Shown here: positions 28,420 through 37,545 of the stretch, piece by piece
Numbering within the stretch: the stretch's first letter is position 1
How the letters are laid out: each line of letters opens with the position of its first letter
DNA from: Sedimentisphaerales bacterium
GTDB taxonomy: Bacteria; Planctomycetota; Phycisphaerae; Sedimentisphaerales; Anaerobacaceae
Assembly: GCA_963708075.1 (NCBI GenBank)
Contig: OY970194.1
Coordinates: 800,001-864,000, forward strand
Length of the DNA stretch: 64,000 nt
Reading direction: 5' to 3'
Made by a program: the position numbers and the translations under genes
The notes under the pieces: model-generated
Told to the model about the DNA's origin: nothing
Database searches by the model: none
Seen by the model: only the letters and a program-made list of their open reading frames with translations

Positions 28420-29055
28420 ATGAGACGATTGTTGTTCGCGATGGCCTTCGTTCTTCTGGTCACCTCGACCTGGATTGGATTGACGCAGGGGCAGATTGAC
28501 CCCGTGCAGCGCAACATCCTGTATGCCCACGTTCCAAACTCCGTCTGCGCCCTATTGTGTTTTGTTGTCTTGCTCGTCGCGAGCATCGGCTATCTGACCA
28601 CCGGCAAGCAGGCGTGGGACCTGGTGGCGGTTGCTTCCGCGGAGGCAGGACTCGTGTTTGCGACCATACTGAATGCGACCGGCATGCTCTTCTCGCGGGC
28701 GGAGTGGAACGTCTGGTGGACGGCGAGTCCTCGCCTTGTGACCTCAGCGATTCTGTGGTTCCTGTACGCCGTCTATCTGATCCTGCGAGCCAGCCTGCCC
28801 GGTGCGGAGTACCGCAGGGCACGCATCTGTGCCGTCTTCGGGATCATTGCCTTTCTCGATGTCCCGCTGGTGTTTGTCAGCGCCCGCTTCATCCCGGATA
28901 TCCACCGCCCGAATTTCAGTCTTGACTCGCCCTGGCAGAGTGCGGCGTTGATGTTGGGAATGGCCGGCACAGCGGTCCTTGCGGCCGCCTTGATCTGGCT
29001 GCGCACGAGTCTTCTGCGTAGCGGCGTTGAACTCGAAAAACAGCTTCTCCAATAA
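28420..29055 (+). CDS. ccmC: Heme delivery protein CcmC
   Basis: RNILYAHVP, WNVWWTASPRL (WWD-like motif) and IHRP. Confidence 0.9.
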   Translation: MRRLLFAMAFVLLVTSTWIGLTQGQIDPVQRNILYAHVPNSVCALLCFVVLLVASIGYLTTGKQAWDLVAVASAEAGLVFATILNATGMLFSRAEWNVWWTASPRLVTSAILWFLYAVYLILRASLPGAEYRRARICAVFGIIAFLDVPLVFVSARFIPDIHRPNFSLDSPWQSAALMLGMAGTAVLAAALIWLRTSLLRSGVELEKQLLQ

Positions 29056-29066
29056 GGAGTGGAAAC

Positions 29067-29201
29067 ATGGTTTACCTCGTGTTGGGATTCTGCACCGTAT
29101 GGGTGTGCCATTTCGCCTACCTGTTCGTGATCGACCGGCAGGCGAGGCAACTGCGCCACAGGCTCGATGCCCGTGTGAGAGAGACACCAGGTAGCGTATG
29201 A
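29067..29201 (+). CDS. ccmD: CcmD-like small membrane protein, 44 aa (not in ORF track)
   Basis: TAAGGAG RBS; MVYLVLGFCTVWVCHFAYLFVIDRQARQLRHRLDARVRETPGSV* (TM helix plus basic helix) directly after ccmC. Confidence 0.75.
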   Translation: MVYLVLGFCTVWVCHFAYLFVIDRQARQLRHRLDARVRETPGSV

Positions 29202-30726
29202 CGATCTTGGCGACGGGACCCACGAAGGGATTGACTATGCCACCCATCGATAACAGTCTGCTTTGCCGCGACCTGCCTTCACAGCCTCAGCCGGAAATAG
29301 GGACAGTCCTGGTGACGGGCGCCACCGGGTACATCGGGGGACGGCTGGTTCCCGAGTTGTTGGCGCGGGGATACAGGGTACGCGTGATGGCACGCGCGGT
29401 CTCGGATGATCTTAAGGATCGCTGGCCCGGTGTGGAGATCGTCGTCGCAGATGCGCTGAATGCCGAGAGCTTGCGAAAGGCGTTGGAGGGGATTCACGCC
29501 GCCTATTACCTGATCCATTCGCTGCTCTGCGGGCCCGAGGAATTCGAGGCCAAGGAGATCCAGGCCGCGGAGAACTTTCGCAACGCCGCCAAGGCGGAGG
29601 GGGTCGCAAGAATCATCTATCTCGGAGCACTGGGGGACGTCCGTGCGTCTCTGTCCCCGCATCTGAGGAGCAGGATGCAGGTGGCGGAGGAGCTTGGCGC
29701 GGGCCCGTCCCAACGACCGCCCTTCGCGCGGCGATCATCATCGGCTCCGGCAGCGCCTCGTATGAGATCGTTGAGCATCTGGTGAAGAATCTTCCCATGT
29801 TCCTGATCCCTCGCTGGGCACAGACCAGGTGCCAGCCGATTGCCATCCGCGACGTGATCAAGTACCTCGTCGGCGTGCTGGAGACGCCGGAGACTCGCGG
29901 CAAGTCATTCGACATCGGTGGTAGCGACATCCTGACCTACAAGCAGATGATGGAAATATTCGCCGGCCTCCTGGGAAGGAGGAGGCTTTTCGTTCCCTGC
30001 CCCTTCTGCAATATCCGATTCTTTTCGTACCTTGCCAGTCTGTTCACGCCCGTGCCTGCCGCAATTACCGCGTGTCTCATGCAGGGAATCACCAGCGAGG
30101 TCGTCTGTAAGAACCAGGACATCAAGCGAATCCTGGCATTTCAGCCCCTCGGGTACCGGGAAGCGCTCGTGAGGGCCATGTCGCGAGAGGAACAGGACAA
30201 GGTGCATACCCGCTGGTCCGACGCCTATCCCCCCGCACATGAGCTGGCGATGAAACTGCACGAGATCAAAGGACCGGTGCGCTACACGAGCGAGCATTCG
30301 CTCCTGAGCGACAAGGATGCTCCTTCGCTGTTCCGCTCCATCTGCACAATCGGCGGCAAGGAGGGCTGGTTCTATAGCAACTGGCTCTGGCGGTTGCGGG
30401 GAATGATCGACCGAGTCCTGCTGGGTGTCGGGTCCTTGCGAGGGAGGAGGAGCTCGTCCAGCCTGCGAGTCGGCGACGTGATTGACTTCTGGCGGGTCGA
30501 GAGTCTTCGGCAGGACGGCATGCTTCTGTTGCGGGCGGAAATGAAACTGCCGGGCAAGGCATGGCTCCAGTTCAATGTCGATCCGCACGGGGGCAGGAAC
30601 CGATTGTCCGTAAAAGCGTACTATCAGCCCGCCGGGGTGTTTGGAAAACCCTACTGGTACGCGTGCCTTCCTTTTCATTTCCTCATCTTCCAGAACCTCA
30701 TCAAGCAGATCGAGAAAAGAGCATAG
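29198..30726 (+). pseudogene. SDR/NAD(P)-binding plus DUF2867-like protein (YbjT-like), frameshifted
   Basis: VLVTGATGYIGGRL. Adding one base near 29705 restores GPVPTTALRAAIIIGSGSASYE. C-terminal LRAEMKLPGKAWL. Confidence 0.8.
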
Positions 30727-30773
30727 GAAGCAGCCGCCAGGGCAAACGCAAGATTACCTGGCAGATCACGCGT

Positions 30774-30853
30774 ATGTCATTGCGAGGAGCGCAGCGACGA
30801 AGCAATCTCAACTCCTGGCATGGTAGATTGCTTCGCTTCGCTCGCAATGACAT
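30774..30853. repeat. REP-like palindromic element
   Basis: ATGTCATTGCGAG-GAGCGCAGCGACGAAGCAATCT...AGATTGCTTCGCTTCG-CTCGCAATGACAT, nested inverted repeats. Confidence 0.85.
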
Positions 30854-30978
30854 GCAGGGAATGCACCAGAAAAGCGTTGACGAGCTCACGGTTCGACTGG
30901 ATGATGCGTGGAGTTCCGAGGGATGGCAACACGCGTCGCCCTGGCGTGGAACGGTCGAGGAGATAGGAGGTCGGAGCC

Positions 30979-31092
30979 ATGAAGACATATGGTGTCGGTG
31001 TGTTTGGCATCAGGTGGGTGGCCGGCGAGCACATCAAGGCCTGCACACGCAATCCGCACATAGGAGTCGTCGCATTGGGCTCCCCACAGTGA
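30979..31092 (+). pseudogene. Truncated N-terminal remnant of a Gfo/Idh/MocA oxidoreductase
   Basis: AGGAGG RBS; MKTYGVGVFGIRWVAGEHIKACTRNPHIGVVALGSPQ*, a degenerate Rossmann start. Confidence 0.55.
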
Positions 31093-31103
31093 AAGGGCTC
31101 ATC

Positions 31104-32381
31104 GTGAAAAAGGCAAAGCTGGCAATCGAGGGCGGGCCGAAGGCGGTGACGAACAAGCTGGCCGGCTGGCCCCAGTTCGATGAGAAGGCGATCACGGCCG
31201 TGGAGGAGGTCCTGCGCTCGGGCAAGGTCAATTACTGGACGGGACCGAAGGGAATGGAGTTCGAGAAGCAGTTCGCGGCGTGGCAGGGCAGCCGGTTTGC
31301 GATCAGTACGTCCTCCGGCACATCGGCGCTCCACGTGGCGTTGACCGCGCTGGGCATCGGGCCCGGCGACGAGGTCATCGTGCCCAGCTATACATTCATC
31401 GCCAGCAGCTTTTCCATCGTGCAGGCCGGCGCCATTCCGCGCTTCGCCGATGTCAATCTCGACGATCACTGCATCAGCGTCGCCTCCGCAGAGAAGCTGG
31501 TCAACAAGCGCACAAAGGCGATCATGCCCGTCCATCTGTACGGCAACGTCTGCGACATGGACCCGATCCTGGAGTTCGCCCGCAAACATAAGCTCTACGT
31601 GGTCGAGGACAACGCGGAGGCCTTTGGTGGGGTCTATAAGGGCAAGAAAACCGGCACGCTCGGCCACATCGCCGCATGCAGTTTCTGCCAGAATAAGACC
31701 TTCACCACCGGCGGCGAAGGAGGCATGGTGACGACGGATGACGAAGATCTGGCATGGAACGCCCGCAGCTTCCGCGACCACGGCTACGACGTCAAGGAGC
31801 GCCTGCACCTGCTGGAACTGGAGCAGAAACTGCCTTATATCCACAACATGGTCGGCTGGAACTATCGCATGACGGAGATGCAGTCGGCGATCGGCCTGGC
31901 CGAGCTGGAGCGCATCGACACGTGGAATCTGCCGACGCGCCGGCGTAACGCGCACATTATTATCGACGCTATCAAAGATCTGCCGCAAGTCAGGTATCTG
32001 CCTGTAGACACGCCGGAAAGACAAAATGGCTGGTACGTCATGGCCTTCTCGCTCGACGTCGAGAGGATGAACTGCGACATTCATCAGTTCGTCGCGGCCG
32101 CGGGCGCCGAGGGAGCCCCATGCTGGCGGGTCTTCTGGCCCCAGTGCCACACGGAGCGGGCTTACACCGAACACAGGGCCTTTGGACGGAGCGGTTTCCC
32201 ATTCACGTCGAAGGAGTACACTGACCCTGCCAGCGTCAACTACCGCAAGGTCAAGGTGCCCAACGCGATCTGGCATCAAAGCCACACCTTTACCTGCTTC
32301 GCGTATCCAACCTTCACGGAGGACGACTGCCGGCAAATCGGTGCGGCCCTGGCCAAGGTGATCCAGGCCTATGCCAAGTAG
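31104..32381 (+). CDS. DegT/DnrJ/EryC1/StrS PLP-dependent aminotransferase
   Basis: SSGTSALHVAL, IMPVHLYG, SFCQNKTFTTGGEGG and GWNYRMTEMQ. GTG start at 31104; the ORF-track extension to 30561 is spurious. Confidence 0.93.
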   Translation: MKKAKLAIEGGPKAVTNKLAGWPQFDEKAITAVEEVLRSGKVNYWTGPKGMEFEKQFAAWQGSRFAISTSSGTSALHVALTALGIGPGDEVIVPSYTFIASSFSIVQAGAIPRFADVNLDDHCISVASAEKLVNKRTKAIMPVHLYGNVCDMDPILEFARKHKLYVVEDNAEAFGGVYKGKKTGTLGHIAACSFCQNKTFTTGGEGGMVTTDDEDLAWNARSFRDHGYDVKERLHLLELEQKLPYIHNMVGWNYRMTEMQSAIGLAELERIDTWNLPTRRRNAHIIIDAIKDLPQVRYLPVDTPERQNGWYVMAFSLDVERMNCDIHQFVAAAGAEGAPCWRVFWPQCHTERAYTEHRAFGRSGFPFTSKEYTDPASVNYRKVKVPNAIWHQSHTFTCFAYPTFTEDDCRQIGAALAKVIQAYAK

Positions 32382-32393
32382 GGAGACCGTTGC

Positions 32394-33461
32394 ATGCGAA
32401 AAGTAAGATACGCTCTCATCGGTTTTGGCGGCATCGCCGAGAACCGCATCGCCAGGGAAGGGTTCGGCCTCGATAAGAGCCGCTTTGCAGGACACCCACG
32501 CGCAGAGCTCGTCGGTGCGACGGATAGAGTCGTGGCACGGCGGGATGCAGCGGTGCGCCTGGGCCTCAAAGGGTACGATTCCATCGAAGCCGTCCTGAGC
32601 GATCCGGCGATAGAGGCGGTCTTCATTGCCACCAACAACTTGTTCCATGCGCCGCTGGCTCAGCAAGCGATCCGGGCCGGCAAGCACTGCCTCATCGAGA
32701 AGCCAATCACGACCACGCTCGAAGACGCCACGACATTGCAGCGGTTCGCACGCGAGCGGGGCGTGAGTTTGGCGGTTGATCACATGATGACCGAGAACGC
32801 GTACAATCGCCGTGCCAGGGACTTGATCGGCCAAGGCGCCATTGGCGAGGTAAACGACGTATCTCTTCACATGGAGTTCTGCTATGGCTCGACTCCTGAC
32901 GAGGCGGCGACCTGGCGATGTGCCGACCCAAAGGAAATCGGCGGCCCCATCGGCGACGTGGGCAGCCATTGCCTCTACATGGCGGAGTTCCTGCTTGGTA
33001 GCGAGGTGATGGACCTATCCTGCGTCTACACGCCCAGGACGCTGAAGATCGCCGTGGAGAATGGGGCATTCGTGCAGTTTCGCCTGCGCAACGGGGTCCA
33101 GGGGACTGTACGCGTGGCCTTCAACCAGCTTCGTGGTGGCCCGGGCGGCACCTTGACCGGCCTGGGCTATGAAGTCTACGGCACTCGCGGCGTTCTCAGG
33201 GGCTGCGCTACATTGTTCCAATTGTCGGGCCATCCCGGCGAGCCGGTGGAGGTCCGCCTCGAAGTGGACAACTTCAATCGTATGGAGAAGATCAAGATCG
33301 ATGCGGTACAAAATATCTACCAGGTGGTCATCGGCAGGCACGCCGAGTCCATCATCAATCGTGCGCCGCTGGATGCCGCCGACGCCGTGCATAACCTCAA
33401 ACTCGTCCTCGCCTGCTACCAATCGGCAGAACACGACGGTCGCGTAATCGAGTTCAAATGA
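32394..33461 (+). CDS. Gfo/Idh/MocA oxidoreductase
   Basis: IGFGGIA, GKHCLIEKP and DVGSH. Confidence 0.9.
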   Translation: MRKVRYALIGFGGIAENRIAREGFGLDKSRFAGHPRAELVGATDRVVARRDAAVRLGLKGYDSIEAVLSDPAIEAVFIATNNLFHAPLAQQAIRAGKHCLIEKPITTTLEDATTLQRFARERGVSLAVDHMMTENAYNRRARDLIGQGAIGEVNDVSLHMEFCYGSTPDEAATWRCADPKEIGGPIGDVGSHCLYMAEFLLGSEVMDLSCVYTPRTLKIAVENGAFVQFRLRNGVQGTVRVAFNQLRGGPGGTLTGLGYEVYGTRGVLRGCATLFQLSGHPGEPVEVRLEVDNFNRMEKIKIDAVQNIYQVVIGRHAESIINRAPLDAADAVHNLKLVLACYQSAEHDGRVIEFK

Positions 33462-33475
33462 CATAGAGGAATCAG

Positions 33476-34501
33476 TTGAACGGCTATCAGAGGATCAAAG
33501 CCGCAGTTGAAGGCAGGCATGCGGACACGCGGCCGGTGATGCTGCACAACTTCTTGATGGCGGCACGCGAAGCCGGCTACGCCATGGCCGAGTATCGTGA
33601 AGACCCCAGGAAGGTCGCCGCGAGTTTCATCCAAGCCGTCGAGACGTACCGATATGACGGGATCGTGGTGGACGTCGATACGGCGACTCTCGCGGGAGCC
33701 GTGGGCGTTCCGGTCGATTTCCCGGAGGATCAGCCGGCAAGGGCGTATCGGTCCGGCATGGCCCATCTTGAACAAGTGAAAGACCTCGATCCACCCGACA
33801 TTGGCAACCATCGCTACGTTCGAAACTGGCTTGAAGCAGTTCGGATTCTGCGCGAGCATTTCCGCGATGAGATTTATATACGAGGCAATTGCGACCAGGC
33901 GCCGTTCTCGCTGGCGAGCATAATGCGGACACCCGAGCAGTGGATGATGGATCTGGTGACGGACGAGGACGGTGTCTTCTCGCTGCTGGAGTATTGCACG
34001 ACAGCGGCCTGTCAGTTCATCCGGCTGATGGCTCAGACAGGTTGCCACATGGTCTCGAACGGCGACAGCCCCGCCGGTCCGGAGATGATCTCTCCTGCCA
34101 TGTATCGCCAATTCGCTCTGCCGTATGAGAAGCGAGTAGTCGAGGAAGCACACAGACATGGGTTGCCTTACACGCTGCACATCTGCGGCAAGACCAACGC
34201 GATTCTGAAGGATATGCTCAGAACCGGCGCTGATTGCTTCGAGCTGGACTACAAGACGGAAATCGAGCTGGCATTTTCCTTGTTCAAAGATACTGCTTGC
34301 TTGATCGGAAACATCGATCCCTCCGGCGTCCTCGCACTGGGTACCGCCGATGATGTGAAACGCGAAACGCAAAGAGTGCTGGACGTGTATTCCGGCTGCG
34401 CCCGCTTCATCCTCAATGCCGGATGCGCGATACCTGCGGAAACGCCGAGCAAGAATATCCGCGCCTTGATCGCCACGGCGCGGGCACACGGTGCGTGCTG
34501 A
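33476..34501 (+). CDS. Uroporphyrinogen decarboxylase-fold protein (MtaA/CmuA-like)
   Basis: LHICGKT, GNIDPSGVL and FILNAGCAIP. Confidence 0.88.
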   Translation: MNGYQRIKAAVEGRHADTRPVMLHNFLMAAREAGYAMAEYREDPRKVAASFIQAVETYRYDGIVVDVDTATLAGAVGVPVDFPEDQPARAYRSGMAHLEQVKDLDPPDIGNHRYVRNWLEAVRILREHFRDEIYIRGNCDQAPFSLASIMRTPEQWMMDLVTDEDGVFSLLEYCTTAACQFIRLMAQTGCHMVSNGDSPAGPEMISPAMYRQFALPYEKRVVEEAHRHGLPYTLHICGKTNAILKDMLRTGADCFELDYKTEIELAFSLFKDTACLIGNIDPSGVLALGTADDVKRETQRVLDVYSGCARFILNAGCAIPAETPSKNIRALIATARAHGAC

Positions 34502-34505
34502 CCTG

Positions 34506-35453
34506 TCAGCAGATAATGCGTAGTCTCCGAGGGAGCACGCGGTAGTCGATGGTCTGAATGGGACTTGGATGCATTTCTCCGTCGTCGCACACCCGGCTGG
34601 GGTGATTCAGTGTAACGGAGAGGGAGGTGGCCTGAAAACGCGTGGCTCGCTTATGCCGCTCCAATGCCCTGCGATAGACGAGCGGGATCAGTTGCAGGGC
34701 TTCCCACTTGCTCGCCATCTCGATCAGCAAGCAGTCCAGGATGCCATCATCAGGCTGGGCGCCGGGGAGCATCGTCAGTCCTCCAAATCGCGGAGCATTG
34801 CCGACGAGAAGCACGGCATAGCGGCCATGAAACGTCCGTTCGTCTGTTTTCACAGTCATTTCCCACCCGGCACTCATTTCCCGAATCACGCTAAATGCCG
34901 GAATCACGTAGCGCAACGAACCCCTGAATCTTGTCATCCTTAGGCTCCTGGCGGCGACCTCGGCGAAGTAGCCCAGACAGGACGCCGAGCAGAAGTAGTG
35001 ACTCCCTGCCTGTCCGACATCTACGTCCCGGGCCCTTCCGTTGAGAATGATTCTGCACGCTTCTCGCACGCTTTGAGGGACGCCCAGGCTCTTTGAGAAA
35101 TCGTTCGATGAGCCTGCGGGGACAATGCCGATCGGGGGCAGGTGCTCCTGCCCGGACGCGAGAAGTCCGTTGACCACGTCGTTAAGGGTGCCGTCGCCTC
35201 CGACGACGATGACAGTATCCGCACTCCGTGCTGTGGCGGCCAACTCCCTGGCGTGGCCGGGATACTCGGCCACATGCAATGAGAAGACAAGTCCCTGCAC
35301 GTGCAGGAAGTCTATTGCCTCGCGGACCCTCAGCCGGCCCGATCCCCAGTTGGCCTGTTCGTTGGCGATGATGATGTTGGAGCGTATGCGCTGCGGAGAA
35401 ATCTCTTCCGGCGTACAAGGGTGTTGAGTTCCCAGTGAAAACGCTGCTCTCAT
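34506..35453 (-). CDS. Diacylglycerol kinase family lipid kinase (YegS/DagK-like)
   Basis: VGGDGTLNDVVNG, PAGSSNDF and PDDGILD. Confidence 0.9.
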   Translation of the reverse strand: MRAAFSLGTQHPCTPEEISPQRIRSNIIIANEQANWGSGRLRVREAIDFLHVQGLVFSLHVAEYPGHARELAATARSADTVIVVGGDGTLNDVVNGLLASGQEHLPPIGIVPAGSSNDFSKSLGVPQSVREACRIILNGRARDVDVGQAGSHYFCSASCLGYFAEVAARSLRMTRFRGSLRYVIPAFSVIREMSAGWEMTVKTDERTFHGRYAVLLVGNAPRFGGLTMLPGAQPDDGILDCLLIEMASKWEALQLIPLVYRRALERHKRATRFQATSLSVTLNHPSRVCDDGEMHPSPIQTIDYRVLPRRLRIIC

Positions 35454-36351
35454 GTTATCCATGGCCGTTTACGATTCTTCGCTTCCGCAATGGCTCTCCG
35501 CGCGAGGGCTGCATCCGTGTCCACCTGAAAATCAAACATGCCCACGCAGATGAAATCCGCGCCGTTGGCGAATGCGAACCGGAATGCGTCCTCGGGTGGA
35601 ACGGCGCCTGCGGCCATGATCTTGAAGGCGATCCAGGGGACCTTCACGTCCCGCATGAAGGCCGCCGTCTTCTCGGGATCGTGGCAGAACATGTTGTCGT
35701 GATACTCCGCGTAATGGGGCGACTCCTTCTCGAACATCTCCAGGAACCGTCGATTCTCCTTCGGATGGGAAGACCAGTAGCGATCGTGATGGAAAGTCGT
35801 GAAGTAGAAGTCGGGCTTGAGCCCTTCCTTCTCGCAAAAGACGACGGGCTCGAGCCGATGGGCGCCGATACCGACGGGAATATCATACTTCCTCATGATC
35901 TTGAACGCTCTTACGATGTTGCCCTGTTTGCCCTGATGGTACCAGGTGTCGCTGGCGCCGCCCCACAGATAGGCCGCGGAGGCGCCCAGTTCCAGGTGCT
36001 CCACGAGCAGCCGTTCGTATTCCTCGATGTCCGTCGTGATCACGTCGGCAATCCACTTCATCTGGCCGCCGAACTCGTCCCAGTACCGGGCCAATCGCAT
36101 TCGCTGAAAGTTATGGTTCTTGAGGACGATGGAATTGATTCCGTTTTCTTCGCATTTCTGTAACGTCTCGAACACTTTCTTCTCGGTGTTGTACTGTCCG
36201 GCAAGGGCGTTCACGTAGAGCAGGTTCTCGCGTGCATGTTCGGGCTGATCAGATTGCTTCCGCTGATCAGGCGGCTGATCGACAGGTTGCGGATCTTTCC
36301 GACGGGCATACCCTTCGGATCGAGCGTCGTTTCCGAATTGTTTGAACCCAT
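35450..36351 (-). pseudogene. Aldo/keto-reductase-like TIM-barrel protein, frameshifted
   Basis: MGSNN...MPVGKIRNLSISRLISGSNLISPNMHAR joins LLYVNALA if one base is added near 36227. Also PWIAFKIMAAG and ADFICVGMFDFQ. Confidence 0.72.
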
Positions 36352-36406
36352 GCTTATGAACCTCTCCACATTGTCATTGGCTCACGTTTGTTCATGGCGC
36401 GCCGGC

Positions 36407-37521
36407 TCAGAAATCGGGAATGCGAATGACCTCTCCGCCCTTCATCGCCGACTCGTGGGCCAGGATGCCCACGGACGTCCAGTTGGCGGATTGGCTGGCG
36501 TTGGGGAAGGGGTCACGATTCTCCACGAGGCTCATGATGAACTCGTGAGCCAGGTGCGGATGCGAGCCCCCGTGCCCGCCGCCCTGCGTGAATGACAAGT
36601 GCTGATGCTCCGCCAGATCGTACACCCCCTTGGTCGTGAACATGCGGATCGGCTCCGGCAGCCGGTGGGCATAGTCGGGCACTTTGACCCTCTGCGGAAT
36701 CTCCGGCTCCGGCTTCTTGGCCGTATGGATGATCGGGTCTTCACCCTCGACCAGGGGCCATTCAAAGGCTTTCTTAGTACCGTACACGTCGAAGCTCTCG
36801 CGATACTGGCGCGCGGTGTCGAAGAGCGACCGGTAGATTCGGCGCAGATATCAGAGTCTTTGAACTTGATGTGCGTGGTCTCGACGGCGAACGGCGAATT
36901 GTACTTCGGAATGAGTTCTTCGCGGATGCGGCCGGAGCCGAAGCAGGAGACGTATTCGGCCGTCGCGCGAGTCAACGCCAGGCACGGGCCTACGCAATGG
37001 GTTGCGTAGTACATCGGCGGCAGGCCGGGCCAGTAATTGGGCCAGCCGTCCATGTCCTGCTGGTGACTCGCCTGCACAAACTGGATCTTTCCGAGCTCGC
37101 CCTTATCGTACAACTCCTTGATGAAGAGGAAGTCCCGGCTGTAAACGACGGTCTCCATCATCATGTACTTCTTGCCCATCTTCTTCGCGAGTTTGACAAT
37201 CTCCTGGCACTCGGCGACCGTCGTGGCCATCGGGACCGTGCAGGCGACATGCTTGCCCGCCTTCAGAGCCTTGATCGCCTGCGGCGCGTGATCGGGGATA
37301 GGCGTGTTGATATGGACCGCGTCGATGTTCTTATCCTTCAGCAGGGTGTCGAAATCGGTGTATCGCACGCCCACGCCGAACGAGTCGCCTATGGCGTCCA
37401 GCTTGCGTTTCGTCCGCTGGCAGATGGCGTACATGTTCGCGTGTGGATGCCTCTGGTAGAGCGGAATGAACTCGGCCCCGAACCCTAATCCGACGATTGC
37501 GATATTGATCTTGCCACCCAT
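36407..37521 (-). pseudogene. Gfo/Idh/MocA oxidoreductase, frameshifted
   Basis: IAIVGLGFG and GKHVACTVP. Adding one base near 36841 restores CARIYRSLFDTARQYRESFDVYG. Confidence 0.82.
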
Positions 37522-37545
37522 AATCATTCCTTTCCGCTAAGCACA

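Noticed and set aside
30561..31103. N-terminal extension of the DegT ORF (606 aa in the track)
   Set aside because: It runs through the previous gene's end and a REP element. Homology starts at GTG 31104.
30777..32969. Long antisense ORFs (this 730-aa one; also 5718-7163, 15974-17500, 45540-46964, 56306-57610)
   Set aside because: They lie opposite well-supported genes in GC-rich DNA and have no recognisable motifs.
33476..34501. hemE as part of the heme pathway
   Set aside because: It has the HxC...GC pattern of MtaA/CmuA-like proteins, lies outside the island, and the Ahb route does not use HemE.
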